The notes under the pieces: model-generated
What the model was told of the DNA's origin: nothing
Seen by the model: the letters and a program-made list of their open reading frames with translations, nothing else
Database searches by the model: none
Made by a program: the position numbers and the translations under genes
Assembly (NCBI GenBank): GCA_965276715.1
Contig: OZ255622.1
Span: 2,534,642-2,598,641 of the forward strand
DNA: 64,000 bases
From: Acetobacteraceae bacterium
GTDB lineage: Bacteria > Pseudomonadota > Alphaproteobacteria > Acetobacterales > Acetobacteraceae
Direction: 5' to 3'
Shown: positions 18,379-29,305 of the stretch, piece by piece
How the letters are laid out: each line of letters opens with the position of its first letter
Numbering within the stretch: the stretch's first letter is position 1

Positions 18379-18923
18379 GCGGGCGGTCGCGCCTGCGTTG
18401 CGTCAGGGCGCGCTTGTGCCCGGGCCTCGTCATGGCGCTTGAACCAGGCGGCGAGCTGCAGCGTGATCTCGTCGGCGAGGTTGGCGGCAAGCCGGGTCTG
18501 GGTGGTCTCGCCGGACATCGTGCTCTGGAAATATTGCTGATCGATGTTGTCGAAGCCGTCCACCGTGCGCGCGCTGCTGTTGGCGAGGATGACGGGCGCG
18601 ATGCCGACGGTGCGCAACGTCCAGTTCGCGGTGCCGACCTCGCGGGTGAAGGTCGTCGAGTTGTCGGGCTGCACGGCAATCCCCGATGCGCTGAGACTGG
18701 GCGCGACATCGAGCTGGTAGAGGGCCGACGTGCCCGAGGCGGGGTTCTGCAGGTCTTCCTGCAGCGCCTCGCGAAGCTGCTGGCCGTAACGGCCGCCGAT
18801 GTTGTTGACATAGATCGACGGCAGATCGGCCGGCCCGCCGGGCCCGCGCGCATAGAGGGGCTCGAAGCCGCAGCCGGCGAGCCACAGCAGCAGCAGGACC
18901 GCCGGGCGTGGACCGCCGGTCAT
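18375..18923 (-). CDS. lptE: LPS-assembly lipoprotein LptE
   Basis: Lipobox [11 protein letters not shown]. Overlapping start/stop with both neighbours. Confidence 0.8.
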   Translation of the reverse strand: MTGGPRPAVLLLLWLAGCGFEPLYARGPGGPADLPSIYVNNIGGRYGQQLREALQEDLQNPASGTSALYQLDVAPSLSASGIAVQPDNSTTFTREVGTANWTLRTVGIAPVILANSSARTVDGFDNIDQQYFQSTMSGETTQTRLAANLADEITLQLAAWFKRHDEARAQARPDATQARPPA

Positions 18924-21499
18924 GCCGGAGCCAGCACGAAATTGACGATCCGGCCGGGGATGTGGATGCGCTTGACGATGCGCCGTCCCTCCAGGAGGCG
19001 GGCGACGTTGGGTTCACGCTCCGCCGCCGACAGCACGTGGGCTTCGGGCGCGTCGACCGCCATCTCGACGGTGCCGCGCAGCTTGCCGCCGATCTGGATC
19101 GCCATCGTGATCCTGGTGCGGACCAGGAGCTCGGGGTCGGCCTCGGGATAGGCGCGCTCGGCCGCGAGGGGGCTGTCCGGTTCGAGTCGGGCGACGATGT
19201 CCTCGGCGAGATGCGGGATGATGGGTGCGGCGAGCAGGGCGGCGGACAGGGCGGCCTCGCGCCGGGCCCAGGCGAGGTCGGGGGTGTCGGGCGCGCGTTC
19301 CGCGTCGGCCATGGCGGAGGCGAGCTCGTGGAGCCTGGCCACCGCCACGTTGAAGCCGAAGCCCTCGATGGCCTCGGTGACGGCGGCGATGGTGCGGTGG
19401 GTGGTGTGCCGGAGCGTGTCGGCGGCCTCGCCGAACCGGCCGGGCTTGCCGAGGGCCGGCAGGCGGGCGGCGGCATCCGCCAGGCGGTGCAGCTTCTGGA
19501 TGAAGCGCCACGCGCCGGCGACACCGGCCTCGGTCCATTCGAGGTCGCGTTCGGGCGGGTTGTCGGAGACCATGAACCAGCGCGCGGTGTCCGCACCGTA
19601 GCGCTCCAGGATCGCGGACGGCTCGATCACGTTGCGCCGCGACTTGCTCATCTTCTCGACCCGGCCGACCGCGACAAGCGCGCCGGTGCCGGCGCGGGTG
19701 GCGCCGCCTTCGGTCCGCTCGATCTCCTCGGGATAGAGCCAGCCCTCGTCGTCGCGATAGGTCTCGTGGGTGACCATGCCCTGGGTGAAGAGGCCGGCGA
19801 AGGGTTCGTCGATGCCGAGATGGCCGGCCTGCTTCATCGCGCGGGTGAAGAAGCGGGCATAGAGCAGATGCAGGATCGCGTGCTCGACCCCGCCGACATA
19901 CTGGTCGACCGGCAGCCAGGCGTCGGCGGCGGCGCGGTCGACCGGGACGGTCGCGCGCGGCGAGCAGAAGCGGGCGAAATACCAGGCGCTGTCGACGAAG
20001 GTGTCGAGCGTGTCGGTCTCGCGCGTGGCCTGGGCGCCGCAGGACGGGCAGGCCACGTGCTTCCATGTCGGATGGTGGTCGAGCGGATTGCCCGGCACGT
20101 CGAAGCGCAGGTCGGACGGCAGGCGGACCGGAAGCTGCGCGCGCGGCACGGGGATGACGCCGCAGGCGGGACAGTGGATGACGGGGATCGGGCAGCCCCA
20201 GGGGCGCTGGCGCGAGACGCCCCAGTCGCGCAGGCGCCAGTTGACCACGCCCTCGCCGGCGCCGATCGCCTCGAGGCGCTCGATGGCGGCGCGCTTGGCG
20301 TCCGCGGTCGGGAGGCCGTCGAGGAAGCCCGACGCGATGATGTCGCCCGGGCCGGTGTAGGCGGCTTGCGTCACGTCGGCGGGCTCGCCGTCCGCTGTCG
20401 CGATGACGGAGCGGATCGGCAGCGCGTATTTCGTCGCGAACTCGTGGTCGCGTTCGTCATGGCCGGGACAGCCGAAGACGGCGCCGGTGCCGTAGCCGGC
20501 GAGCACGAAATTGGCGATCCAGACCGGGAATGCGGCGCCCTCGATGAAGGGGTGGGCGACGCGAAGGCCGGTGTCGTAGCCCTGCTTCTCGGCGGTCTCG
20601 ATGACGGCCTCGCTGGTGCCGAGACGGCGGCACTCGGCCACGAACGACGCGGCGGCGGGATCGCGTCCGGCGCAGGCCGCCGCGAGCTTGTGCTCGGCGG
20701 CGATGGCGATGAACGACATGCCGAACAGCGTGTCGGGCCGGGTGGTGTAGACCTCGACGGTTTCCGCCGATCCCACGATCGGAAAGCGGACGCGCGCGCC
20801 CTCGCTGCGGCCGATCCATTTCTCCTGCATCAGGCGCACGCGCTCGGGCCAGCGGTCGAGCGTCGCGAGGCCGTCGAGCAGTTCGCCCGCGAAGGCGGTG
20901 ATGCGGAAGAACCATTGCGACAGGCGGCGTGTCTCGATCCCGGCGCCCGACCGCCAGCCGCGGCCGTCGATCACCTGCTCGTTGGCGAGCACGGTCTGAT
21001 CGACCGGATCCCAATTGACCAGGCTCTCGCGCCGGTAGGCGAGATCGAGGCCCAGCAGGTCGAGGAACAGCGCCTGCTGCTGGCCGTAATATTCGGGATC
21101 GCAGGTCGCGAACTCCCGGTCCCAATCCACCGCGAGGCCGATCGGCGCCAGCGCCTCGCGCATCGCCGCGATGTTGGCGTAGGTCCAGTCGGCGGGGCTG
21201 ACGCCGCGATCGCGGGCCGCGTTCTCGGCCGGCAGGCCGAACGCGTCCCAGCCCATCGGGTGCAGCACGAGATGGCCGCGGGCCCGCTTGTAGCGGGCGA
21301 TGATGTCGCCGATCGCATAGTTGCGGACGTGGCCCATGTGGATGCGGCCCGACGGATACGGAAACATGTCGAGCGCGTAATAGGTGCGGGCGTCCGGGGG
21401 TGGGACGTCGGGGACGGCGAAGCAGCGCCGTTCGGCCCAGACCGACTGCCAGTGGCGCTCGACGGCGCGGGGCTCGTAGGGCCGGGTCTCGGCGTCCAT
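18920..21499 (-). CDS. leuS: leucine--tRNA ligase
   Basis: 859 aa with a HIGH-type motif ([11 protein letters not shown]) and KMSKS. Confidence 0.95.
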   Translation of the reverse strand: MDAETRPYEPRAVERHWQSVWAERRCFAVPDVPPPDARTYYALDMFPYPSGRIHMGHVRNYAIGDIIARYKRARGHLVLHPMGWDAFGLPAENAARDRGVSPADWTYANIAAMREALAPIGLAVDWDREFATCDPEYYGQQQALFLDLLGLDLAYRRESLVNWDPVDQTVLANEQVIDGRGWRSGAGIETRRLSQWFFRITAFAGELLDGLATLDRWPERVRLMQEKWIGRSEGARVRFPIVGSAETVEVYTTRPDTLFGMSFIAIAAEHKLAAACAGRDPAAASFVAECRRLGTSEAVIETAEKQGYDTGLRVAHPFIEGAAFPVWIANFVLAGYGTGAVFGCPGHDERDHEFATKYALPIRSVIATADGEPADVTQAAYTGPGDIIASGFLDGLPTADAKRAAIERLEAIGAGEGVVNWRLRDWGVSRQRPWGCPIPVIHCPACGVIPVPRAQLPVRLPSDLRFDVPGNPLDHHPTWKHVACPSCGAQATRETDTLDTFVDSAWYFARFCSPRATVPVDRAAADAWLPVDQYVGGVEHAILHLLYARFFTRAMKQAGHLGIDEPFAGLFTQGMVTHETYRDDEGWLYPEEIERTEGGATRAGTGALVAVGRVEKMSKSRRNVIEPSAILERYGADTARWFMVSDNPPERDLEWTEAGVAGAWRFIQKLHRLADAAARLPALGKPGRFGEAADTLRHTTHRTIAAVTEAIEGFGFNVAVARLHELASAMADAERAPDTPDLAWARREAALSAALLAAPIIPHLAEDIVARLEPDSPLAAERAYPEADPELLVRTRITMAIQIGGKLRGTVEMAVDAPEAHVLSAAEREPNVARLLEGRRIVKRIHIPGRIVNFVLAPA

Positions 21500-21509
21500 C
21501 CGGGACGGC

Positions 21510-21992
21510 TCAGCCGGACGCGCCGGCGCGCAGCTCGCGGGCGCGCACCAGCACCTTGTTGGTGATGTCGGGCGCGGTGTCGGGGGCGACGGACGCGTCC
21601 ACCCACTGGCCGTCCTGCATGACCTGCCGGAAGACGGCGACGCGCACGTCGTTGGCGGCCAGCGTGCGGCCGAGCACGTAGGCCTCGGCCTTGAAGCGCT
21701 CGCCGCTGACGGTGGGCGGGGTATACCATTCGGTGATGATGACGCCGCCGATCGGGTCGGCGGAGGCGAACGGCATGAAGCTCAGCACGTCGATCGCGCC
21801 GCGCCAGAGATAGGCGTTCACGCCGCCCTGGTCGGGCGTCGCCGCGGCGAGCTCGGACGAGCGGTCGGTGTTGCCGAGCAGGTGGCCCTTGTCGGGCACC
21901 GCGAGCGCGTTGTCGGTTCCGCCGCTCCCGCAGGCGGCGAGCAGCGCGCACGCGAGGAGTGCCGCGCAAGCTGTGACCCCGGTCGATCGCAT
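21510..21992 (-). CDS. DUF3576 lipoprotein
   Basis: Lipobox LLAACGS. Has [30 protein letters not shown], which is typical of the leuS-linked DUF3576 family. Confidence 0.75.
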   Translation of the reverse strand: MRSTGVTACAALLACALLAACGSGGTDNALAVPDKGHLLGNTDRSSELAAATPDQGGVNAYLWRGAIDVLSFMPFASADPIGGVIITEWYTPPTVSGERFKAEAYVLGRTLAANDVRVAVFRQVMQDGQWVDASVAPDTAPDITNKVLVRARELRAGASG

Positions 21993-22108
21993 CCTAGCCT
22001 CCGTCCGCGCCGCGCGCCCGCGGCCAAGAGCGGGTCTGTCTAGCCCGCGCGGCCCTGCTCGCCAAGCGAGCGGGCTGATAGCATGGGACGGGAACCTGGA
22101 GCGGAACC

Positions 22109-23548
22109 ATGGGTGACTTCGAGACGGTGATCAAAGGCGGGATCGTGGTGACGGCGCTCGAACAGTTCCGCGCCGATATCGGCATCACGGGCGGGCGGAT
22201 CGAAGCCGTCGGTCTCGACCTCGCGGGCGCGTCGGTGATCGAGGCCGACGGGCTGCTGGTGCTGCCGGGCGGCGTGGACAGCCATTGCCATATCGAGCAG
22301 TTGCGCGCCGACGGCACCGCGGACGAGGAGAGCTTCGAGACCGCGAGCCGGTCGGCGCTGGCGGGCGGGACGACGACCGCGATCACGTTCTCGACCCAGT
22401 TCAAGGGACGGCCGATCGGACCGTCGCTCGCGGAGTACCGGCGTCGCGCGCAGGCCGCGATCATCGACGTCGCGTTCCATCAGATCGTGACCGATCCGAC
22501 GGACGCGGTGATCGATGAGGAGATCCCGGCCCTGGTGGCGGGCGGCATACGCAGCCTGAAGGTGTTCCTCACCTACGATCCGCTGCATGTCGACGATCGC
22601 GGCCTGCTGCGCGTGCTGGCCGCGGCGCGGCGGGCGGGGGCGCTGGTGACGGTGCACTGCGAGAACCATGACGGGATCGGCTGGCGGACCGAGGCGCTGC
22701 TCGCGGACGGGAAGAGCGCGCCCGCCTACCACGCCTGGTCGCGGCCGGTGGTGCTGGAGCGCGAGGCGACGTTCCGGGCGATCGCGCTGGCCGAGTTCGT
22801 CGACCAGCCGATCCAGGTTTTCCACGTCTCGTGCGCGGAGGTGGCGGACGAGATCGCGCGGGCGCAGGCACGCGGCAATCGGGTCTGGGCGGAGACCTGC
22901 CCGCAGTATTTGACGCTGACCGCGTCCGACATGGACCGGCCCGGGTTCGAGGGGGCGAAGTTCATGTGCAGTCCGCCGCCGCGCGGGCCGCACGCGGCGG
23001 CGGGGCTGTGGTCGGCGATCCGGCGCGGCACGATCGACATCGTCTCGTCCGACCATAGCGGGTTCCGCATGGACGGGCCGAGGGGCAAGCGGATGAACGG
23101 GGATGCGCCGTTCCGGGACATCCCGAACGGCATCCCGGGCCTGGCCGCACGGCTGCCGCTGCTGTTCAGCGAGGGCGTGTCGGCCGGCCGGATCACGGCG
23201 AGCCAGTTCGTGGCGCTGACCGCGTTCAATCCGGCGCGGCTGTTCGGCTTGCGGACGAAAGGGCGGATCACGCCGGGGGCCGACGCCGATCTCGTGCTGT
23301 GGGATCCGCGCCGGGAGGTGGTTCTGACCAACGCGCTGATGCAGCACGCGATCGACTACACGCCCTACGAGGGGAGGACGGTGACGGGCTGGCCGGTGCT
23401 GACGGTGCGTCGCGGGGTCGAGGTCATGCGCGATGGCGTGGTGACGGCCGCGGCGGGCAGCGGGCGCTACTTGCCGTGCGGGCCGTACGACTTCATCAAG
23501 CCGACGGGCAGGTTGGCGGACGGCTTCGACGCATCGGCGTTCGCCTGA
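22109..23548 (+). CDS. dihydropyrimidinase / D-hydantoinase
   Basis: Cyclic amidohydrolase signature LPGGVDSHCHIEQ, with full-length similarity. Confidence 0.8.
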   Translation: MGDFETVIKGGIVVTALEQFRADIGITGGRIEAVGLDLAGASVIEADGLLVLPGGVDSHCHIEQLRADGTADEESFETASRSALAGGTTTAITFSTQFKGRPIGPSLAEYRRRAQAAIIDVAFHQIVTDPTDAVIDEEIPALVAGGIRSLKVFLTYDPLHVDDRGLLRVLAAARRAGALVTVHCENHDGIGWRTEALLADGKSAPAYHAWSRPVVLEREATFRAIALAEFVDQPIQVFHVSCAEVADEIARAQARGNRVWAETCPQYLTLTASDMDRPGFEGAKFMCSPPPRGPHAAAGLWSAIRRGTIDIVSSDHSGFRMDGPRGKRMNGDAPFRDIPNGIPGLAARLPLLFSEGVSAGRITASQFVALTAFNPARLFGLRTKGRITPGADADLVLWDPRREVVLTNALMQHAIDYTPYEGRTVTGWPVLTVRRGVEVMRDGVVTAAAGSGRYLPCGPYDFIKPTGRLADGFDASAFA

Positions 23549-23584
23549 GACGTCCAGGAAGGTGCCTGTTGGCTCCTCCGAAGG

Positions 23585-23827
23585 TCAATCCCGTAGTTCC
23601 AGTCGACGTTCGATACGATCGACCCTCTCGGCGAGCTCGTGGACGCGATCGGATGTCGAGGCGGCGCTCATGGCGTCGGCGACCGCTTCGCGCCTCATGC
23701 TGAGCTGGGTGTCCCGGACCGTCGAGGTGAGGTGGTGGAGCTCGTCGAGGCGTCGTTTCAGCGTGCCAATGTCGGCGCGCATCTCGCGCAGCATGGCGAG
23801 AACCAGGTTGTCGGGCGTGTCGCTCAT
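23585..23827 (-). CDS. hypothetical coiled-coil protein (80 aa)
   Basis: Very high third-position GC and a heptad-like charged sequence. No family recognised. Confidence 0.5.
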   Translation of the reverse strand: MSDTPDNLVLAMLREMRADIGTLKRRLDELHHLTSTVRDTQLSMRREAVADAMSAASTSDRVHELAERVDRIERRLELRD

Positions 23828-23918
23828 CGCAGGCTCCCTCCGATCGTGGTGCTCGGCATCGTTGTAGCGTCTCCCGTCCAGGTCGGAAACGGTGCCCTCG
23901 CGACCTCGGCTTCCCGGG

Positions 23919-25040
23919 CTAGCTGCCGGGTGCGACGAGCATGCAGGCCATGGCCTGGTCGCGGAGGGTGTTGCAGGCCGAGGCGGCGGTCGTGCGGTCG
24001 AGGCCGGCGAGGCGGGCGCGGTAGAGCGGGTGGCCGCCGAGGCCGCCGACGGTGGTGACCAGGCTGCGCGAGGCGCTCAGGCTCGGCGCCGCCCGTTGCG
24101 CCATCGTGGTCGCGAACCGGGCCTCCTCGGGGCGGCCGAAGGCGCCGACCTGGACCGACCAGGCGCCCGGCGAGAAATGTGGCGCGGGCTCGGCATAGGC
24201 GGTGCGGACGATCGGCCTTGGAGCCGGCGGTGGCGGCGTCATGCCCGACGGCGGCGGGAGCGCTTCGTAGCGGCCGATCGCAGTCGGGGCCGGCGCGTAG
24301 GAGGCGGGCACCACCGCGGGCTCGGTCGCCGGCTCGGGCAGCGCCTCGACGACCGGCGGCGAGACGCAGGGCGTCGACGGATCGTAGGCGGCGTTCGGAT
24401 CATGCCAACAGCGCGGATCGGCCGAGGCGGCCGGCGCCGGGGCTGGCTCGGCCTGGGACGGCAACGCGGGCTCGGGCTCGGCCTGGGCGACCTCGACCGG
24501 CGCGTCCGCGTCGCCGAGATGGGGCGCGATCGAGGCGACGTAGTTCTCCGTCTCGGCCGGGAGGCCGCCCTGGCCGGCGAGATAATCGTCGACGCGGGCG
24601 GGTCCGGCGTTATAGGCGGCGAGGAAGCCCGGCGAACCGTATTTGTCGTACATCTGCCGGATGTAGGCGGTGCCGGCCATGATGTTGTCGCGCGGGTCGT
24701 AGGGATCGCCGCCCAGGTCGTATTGCGCCTGCAGGTCGCCGTAGGTCGCCGGCATGAGCTGCATCAGCCCCATCGCGCCGGCGCTCGAGGTGATCGGCCG
24801 GCCGTCGAGATATTCCTGGCCGCCGGATTCCTGGTGCATCACGGCGCGGATCCAGGGCGCGGGAACGCCGAAGCGCCGGGAGGCCTCCTCGATATACGGC
24901 CCCCAGGGGTCGCCTTCGGGACCGGGCGCGGGATAGGACGATTGCGTCGGGGCGTAGCTCAGCCGTGCGCGCGGGCCGCCGCACGCGGCCACGGCGCACA
25001 GCAGCAGGAACAGACCGGCGCGGACGAACGGTCGGGCCAT
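23919..25040 (-). CDS. lytic transglycosylase with C-terminal SPOR domain
   Basis: SLT motifs (VMHQESGG and GLMQLMPATY), a Pro-rich linker, and a SPOR-like WSVQVGAFGRPEEA. Confidence 0.8.
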   Translation of the reverse strand: MARPFVRAGLFLLLCAVAACGGPRARLSYAPTQSSYPAPGPEGDPWGPYIEEASRRFGVPAPWIRAVMHQESGGQEYLDGRPITSSAGAMGLMQLMPATYGDLQAQYDLGGDPYDPRDNIMAGTAYIRQMYDKYGSPGFLAAYNAGPARVDDYLAGQGGLPAETENYVASIAPHLGDADAPVEVAQAEPEPALPSQAEPAPAPAASADPRCWHDPNAAYDPSTPCVSPPVVEALPEPATEPAVVPASYAPAPTAIGRYEALPPPSGMTPPPPAPRPIVRTAYAEPAPHFSPGAWSVQVGAFGRPEEARFATTMAQRAAPSLSASRSLVTTVGGLGGHPLYRARLAGLDRTTAASACNTLRDQAMACMLVAPGS

Positions 25041-25153
25041 CGTGGGCTTCGCACAGAACGCTTCATGTCCACCCGGTCGCGGTCGAACTTCAAGTCCGAT
25101 GTGAAGGAAGGGTCGGAACCGGGTTATTACGTGGCGTGCGCGCCACGATGGGC

Positions 25154-26578
25154 TCAGAGCAGGCTCTGGGCGTGTCTGAGGTCGGTGACGAAGGCCGCGT
25201 ATTCCCGGGCCTTCGACTCCACGTCCGGCAGGCGCAGCAGGTAGGACGGGTGCACGGTGACGAAGACCTGGCTGTTGCCGTCATGCGCGATCGGGCGGCC
25301 GCGCTCGCGCGAGATCGTCACCGCCCGGCCGAGCACCGCGCGCGCGGCGGTGGCGCCGAGCAGGACGGTGACCGCCGGTTTGATCGCGCGGCGTTCCGCC
25401 TCGAGCCAGCCGGCGCAGGCGACGATGTCGGTCGTGTCGGGCTTCTGGTGGATGCGCCGTTTGCCGCGTGGCTCGAATTTGAAGTGCTTGACCGCGTTGG
25501 TGACGTAGACGTCGCGGCGGTCGATGCCGGCTTCCTTGATCGCGCGGTCGAGGATCTGCCCGGCGGGCCCGACGAAGGGGCGGCCGACGAGGTCCTCCTG
25601 GTCGCCGGGCTGCTCGCCCACCATCATCATGCGCGCGGTCTCGGGTCCCTCGCCGAACACGGTCTGGGTCGCGGGCTCCCAGAGCGGGCAGCGCCGGCAG
25701 TCGGCGGCCTCCCGCGCGAGCGCCGCGATCGCGCCCGCTGGCTCTGCGCCTGGATCGACTGGCTCGGGGCGGCGCGTCTCGGCGCGCGTGCGCGGGGCTG
25801 CTTGCTGGTCGACCATGGTCGCGGTCCTTTCGGCGGCTGAGCGGATCAGGTCCGGAATCGCTGCCGCCTCGGGCAGGTTGCGCCAGTATTTCCTGGGCAT
25901 CTCGGAGCGCATCGCGGCGGTCTTCAGGCGGGCGGGATTGAAGATGCTGCTGAAATAGGCGCGCCAGTAGCGTTCGAGCGCGTCGTCGTCGGGCACGTCC
26001 GCGGGCGAGGCGCCGGGGCCGAACTCGGTGGCCTCGCCCGTCCAGTGCAGGGTCCGGTACGGGGTCAGGATCGAGAACCGCATGGTCGCGAAGCGACGGA
26101 CGAAGAAGCCGGCGTTCGCTTCGACGATGAAGTGGTCGGGCTCGAAGAAGGCGACGTGGCGCGCGCCGTCCGGCTCCTGGACCTCGCGGAAGCGGACGAA
26201 GGCGCGCATCTTGTGGGTGTCGCGCCGCACCGACTGGGCGAGACGGAACGCGCGATGCACCGCGGGATCGGTGACCTGCGCCGCCAGTTGCTTTTCGCCG
26301 CGATGGGCGCGCCAGATCAGCCCGTAGAGCAGCGAGAACCGCTCGGGCGCGCTCGCCTGGATGACGGTCTGGGCGAGGTCGACGAGCGGGCGCGGGACGG
26401 TGAAGGTCGATGGCGCCCGGGGCGCGGCCGAGGGCGCCGGCGCGCCCGCGAACAGGTCGTCGGGCTGGCCCACGGACCAGACCACGTCCTCCGGCGGCAC
26501 CTCGTCCAGCGCCAGGCCGCGAGCGGCCTCGCGCCAGCCGTCGAAATCGACCTCGTGGGCGAGGCTGACGGAGGGCAA
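25154..26578 (-). CDS. DUF4130 (TIGR03915-like) fused to a UdgX-type family-4 uracil-DNA glycosylase
   Basis: The C-terminal half carries GEQPGDQEDLVGRPFVGPAG, NAVKHFKFEPRGKRRIHQKP (the UdgX KRRIH loop) and VHPSYLLR. The TTG start directly follows the radical SAM stop. Confidence 0.8.
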   Translation of the reverse strand: MPSVSLAHEVDFDGWREAARGLALDEVPPEDVVWSVGQPDDLFAGAPAPSAAPRAPSTFTVPRPLVDLAQTVIQASAPERFSLLYGLIWRAHRGEKQLAAQVTDPAVHRAFRLAQSVRRDTHKMRAFVRFREVQEPDGARHVAFFEPDHFIVEANAGFFVRRFATMRFSILTPYRTLHWTGEATEFGPGASPADVPDDDALERYWRAYFSSIFNPARLKTAAMRSEMPRKYWRNLPEAAAIPDLIRSAAERTATMVDQQAAPRTRAETRRPEPVDPGAEPAGAIAALAREAADCRRCPLWEPATQTVFGEGPETARMMMVGEQPGDQEDLVGRPFVGPAGQILDRAIKEAGIDRRDVYVTNAVKHFKFEPRGKRRIHQKPDTTDIVACAGWLEAERRAIKPAVTVLLGATAARAVLGRAVTISRERGRPIAHDGNSQVFVTVHPSYLLRLPDVESKAREYAAFVTDLRHAQSLL

Positions 26579-27808
26579 CTAGAGCAGCATCATCTGGGCG
26601 CCCTTCGGCGCCAGCGTGCGGCGGAGTGCCGCGCTGTCGATATCGCGGCTCGGTCGATGGTCGGCGGCGAGGATGAAGGGGGCGAGCTTGGCGATCGACA
26701 GGCGCAGCCTGGCGAGGTCGTCGGTGCGCAGGCGACGATGCCGGCGCGCGGCGATGATCCGGTCGACCGACTTGACCCCCAGCCCGGGCACGCGCAGCAG
26801 CGCCTCGCGGTTTGCCGTGTTGACGTCGACCGGGAATCGGTCGCGGTGATCGAGCGCCCAGGCGAGCTTGGGGTCGATCGCGAGCGGCAGGTTGCCGTCA
26901 TCGCCGGTCGGCAGCTCGCCAAGCCCGAAGCCGTAGAATCGCAGCAGCCAGTCGGCCTGGTAGAGACGATGCTCGCGCAGCAGCGGTGCCGGCTTGGCGG
27001 GCAAGGTGGCACTCGCGTCCGGGATCGGGCTGAAGGCGGAATAATAGACGCGCTTGAGGCCGTAGCCGGCATAGAGGTTGGTGCTCATCCCGAGGATGGT
27101 GGCGTCGGTGCTGTCGTCGGCGCCGACGATCACCTGGGTGCTCTGGCCGGCCGGCGCGAAACGCTGTGGTGCGGCACCCTTGTGCCCCTTGCGGTCGCGC
27201 GAGGCGTCGATCGCCGCCCGCATGCGGCCCATCGAGCGGCGGATGCCGGGCAGGTCCTTCTCGGGGGCCAGCGCGTGCAGCGCGCCCTCGGTCGGCAGCT
27301 CGACATTGATCGACAGCCGGTCGGCCCAGCGTCCCGCCTCGGCCAGCAGGCCCGGGTCGGCGTCGGGGATCGTCTTGAGATGGATGTAGCCGCGAAACCC
27401 GTGGGTCAGCCGCAAGGTGCGGGCGACGTCGACCACGCGCTCCATCGTGTAGTCGGGATCGCGGATGATGCCCGACGACAGGAACAGGCCCTCGATGCAG
27501 TTGCGGCGGTAGAAGCCCAGCGTCAGCCGGACGATTTCGTCGACGGTGAAACGCGCGCGCTGGACGTTCGAGGAGCGTCGGTTGATGCAGTAGGCGCATT
27601 CATAGATGCAGGAATTGGTCAGCAGGATTTTCAGCAGCGAGATGCAGCGCCCGTCGGGGGCGTAGGCGTGGCAGATGCCCATCCCCTCGGTCGAGCCGAT
27701 CCCGTCGGTCTTGCCCTTGGAGTGGCGCTTGTCGGTGCCGCTCGAGGCGCAGGACGCGTCGTATTTCGCGGCGTCGGCGAGAATCTCGAGTTTTTCGAGC
27801 AGTTCCAT
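26579..27808 (-). CDS. putative DNA modification/repair radical SAM protein (TIGR03916-like)
   Basis: N-terminus MELLEKLEILADAAKYDASC and a CxxxCxxC cluster (CIYECAYC). Confidence 0.8.
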   Translation of the reverse strand: MELLEKLEILADAAKYDASCASSGTDKRHSKGKTDGIGSTEGMGICHAYAPDGRCISLLKILLTNSCIYECAYCINRRSSNVQRARFTVDEIVRLTLGFYRRNCIEGLFLSSGIIRDPDYTMERVVDVARTLRLTHGFRGYIHLKTIPDADPGLLAEAGRWADRLSINVELPTEGALHALAPEKDLPGIRRSMGRMRAAIDASRDRKGHKGAAPQRFAPAGQSTQVIVGADDSTDATILGMSTNLYAGYGLKRVYYSAFSPIPDASATLPAKPAPLLREHRLYQADWLLRFYGFGLGELPTGDDGNLPLAIDPKLAWALDHRDRFPVDVNTANREALLRVPGLGVKSVDRIIAARRHRRLRTDDLARLRLSIAKLAPFILAADHRPSRDIDSAALRRTLAPKGAQMMLL

Positions 27809-27818
27809 GACGGGAACA

Positions 27819-27833
27819 GTTCCCGGCTTGTTC
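27819..27833. promoter_or_regulatory. alphaproteobacterial LexA (SOS) box GTTC-N7-GTTC
   Basis: The sequence is gttcccggcttgttc, a perfect match to GTTC-N7-GTTC, located 11 nt upstream of the radical SAM ATG. It overlaps the palindrome gggaacagttccc. Confidence 0.6.
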
Positions 27834-27876
27834 TCCCCGCGTCAAGTGCGGGGCGGGCTCAAGTGCGAAGCGGGGC

Positions 27877-28488
27877 TCAGGTCGCGTTCGCGTCCGGGCT
27901 CGCGAGCATCCGCTGCGGCAGCCAGACATTGGTCACCTGCCAGCCACGGCCGCCGAAGACCATGCGCACCCGGACGGGCGGCTGGCGCGGATCGTCGCTG
28001 ACACGAAGCAGCGCCTGGAAGCTTTTCGGACCGGTGAAGAACGCCCAGGCCAGCATCCGCCGCGCCTGGCCGATGGTGGTGCTGGAATGGGATGGGCCGG
28101 TCCCGAACATGGCCTCGACATGCTCGGGATCGCAATCCTCGTCGACGACGTTGGAGACGGCGGTCTTGGCGAAGCTCGCGCCGAACTCGGGCAGCTCGTC
28201 GCTGCCGGCTCCGGTCGAGAGGCTGGCGGGCTTGACCGCCTGTGTCGTGGCGGCGGGTGCGCCGACCGCGCTCGACAATTCCTGCTTGAGGCCGTTGCGA
28301 ACGCCGGCCCAGTCGATGTCGGCGCGAAGGGACACGAGATCGTGCGCGCGGAAGGCGACGCTCATACGCCAGAGCGCCACGTAGGGGGAGACGGCGTAGA
28401 CGATGACGAAGGTGGCGATGACCAGGGCCACGGAGACGCCGTATCTGGCCGCTCGATCCCGTTGGCGCACCATTGCCCAGTCCCCCAC
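27877..28488 (-). CDS. DUF2939 membrane-anchored protein
   Basis: N-terminal TM followed by SPYVALWRMSVAFRAHDLVSLRADIDWAGVRNGLKQEL, which is typical of DUF2939. Confidence 0.65.
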   Translation of the reverse strand: MGDWAMVRQRDRAARYGVSVALVIATFVIVYAVSPYVALWRMSVAFRAHDLVSLRADIDWAGVRNGLKQELSSAVGAPAATTQAVKPASLSTGAGSDELPEFGASFAKTAVSNVVDEDCDPEHVEAMFGTGPSHSSTTIGQARRMLAWAFFTGPKSFQALLRVSDDPRQPPVRVRMVFGGRGWQVTNVWLPQRMLASPDANAT

Positions 28489-28545
28489 ACCCCAGCGCAG
28501 TTGAACATGAACCTGGGAGATGAACGCAAGTTGAATGCGCGGGTT

Positions 28546-29274
28546 CTACACGATTGTCTTGCCGGCGGCGGAATCCATCCAGGCGGCGTGGCCCTTGGCC
28601 CGCAGCGCGCAGGCCGGACAGGTGCCGCAGCCGCGACCCCAGTCGTGACGCGGTTGCCTCGCGCCGAGATAGCAGGTGTGGGTTTCCTCGCGGATCAGGT
28701 CGACGAGCGCAGGGCCGCCGAGACGGGCGGCGAGCGCCCAGGTCTCGGCCTTGTCGAGCCACATCAGCGGCGTCTCGATCACCACCCGGCGGTCGGTGCC
28801 GAGATTGAGCGCCACCTGCAGCGCCTTGAGCGTGTCGTCGCGGCAATCCGGATAGCCGGAGAAGTCGGTCTCGCACATGCCGCCGACCAGGCGGGTGATG
28901 CCGCGCCGATAGGCCAGCGCGGCGGCATAGGTGAGGAACAGCAGGTTGCGGCCGGGAACGAACGTGCTCGGCAGGCCCTCCGCGGTCGCGCGGATCTCGA
29001 TGTCGGCCGTCATCGCGGTGGCACCAAGGGCGCCCAGGCCGGCCTCGATGTCGAGCAGGTGATCGGCGCCGAGCTTGCCGGGATAGGCGCCGGCGAGGCG
29101 GTCGCGGATCACCGGCCGGCAGTCGAGCTCGACCCGGTGGCGCTGACCGTAGAAGAAGCCGAGCGTTTCGACGGTGCCGTAGCGATCGAGCGCCCAGGCG
29201 AGGCAGGTGGTGCTGTCCTGGCCGCCGGAGAACAGGACGAGGGCCTTGGCGGATCGTTCGAGCGCACCCCTCAT
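28546..29274 (-). CDS. queC: 7-cyano-7-deazaguanine synthase
   Basis: PP-loop motif [12 protein letters not shown] and C-terminal Zn cysteines (CGTCPAC). Confidence 0.9.
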   Translation of the reverse strand: MRGALERSAKALVLFSGGQDSTTCLAWALDRYGTVETLGFFYGQRHRVELDCRPVIRDRLAGAYPGKLGADHLLDIEAGLGALGATAMTADIEIRATAEGLPSTFVPGRNLLFLTYAAALAYRRGITRLVGGMCETDFSGYPDCRDDTLKALQVALNLGTDRRVVIETPLMWLDKAETWALAARLGGPALVDLIREETHTCYLGARQPRHDWGRGCGTCPACALRAKGHAAWMDSAAGKTIV

Positions 29275-29305
29275 GTCGTCTCCGGTCGCGTCTTATCTGC
29301 ATTCC

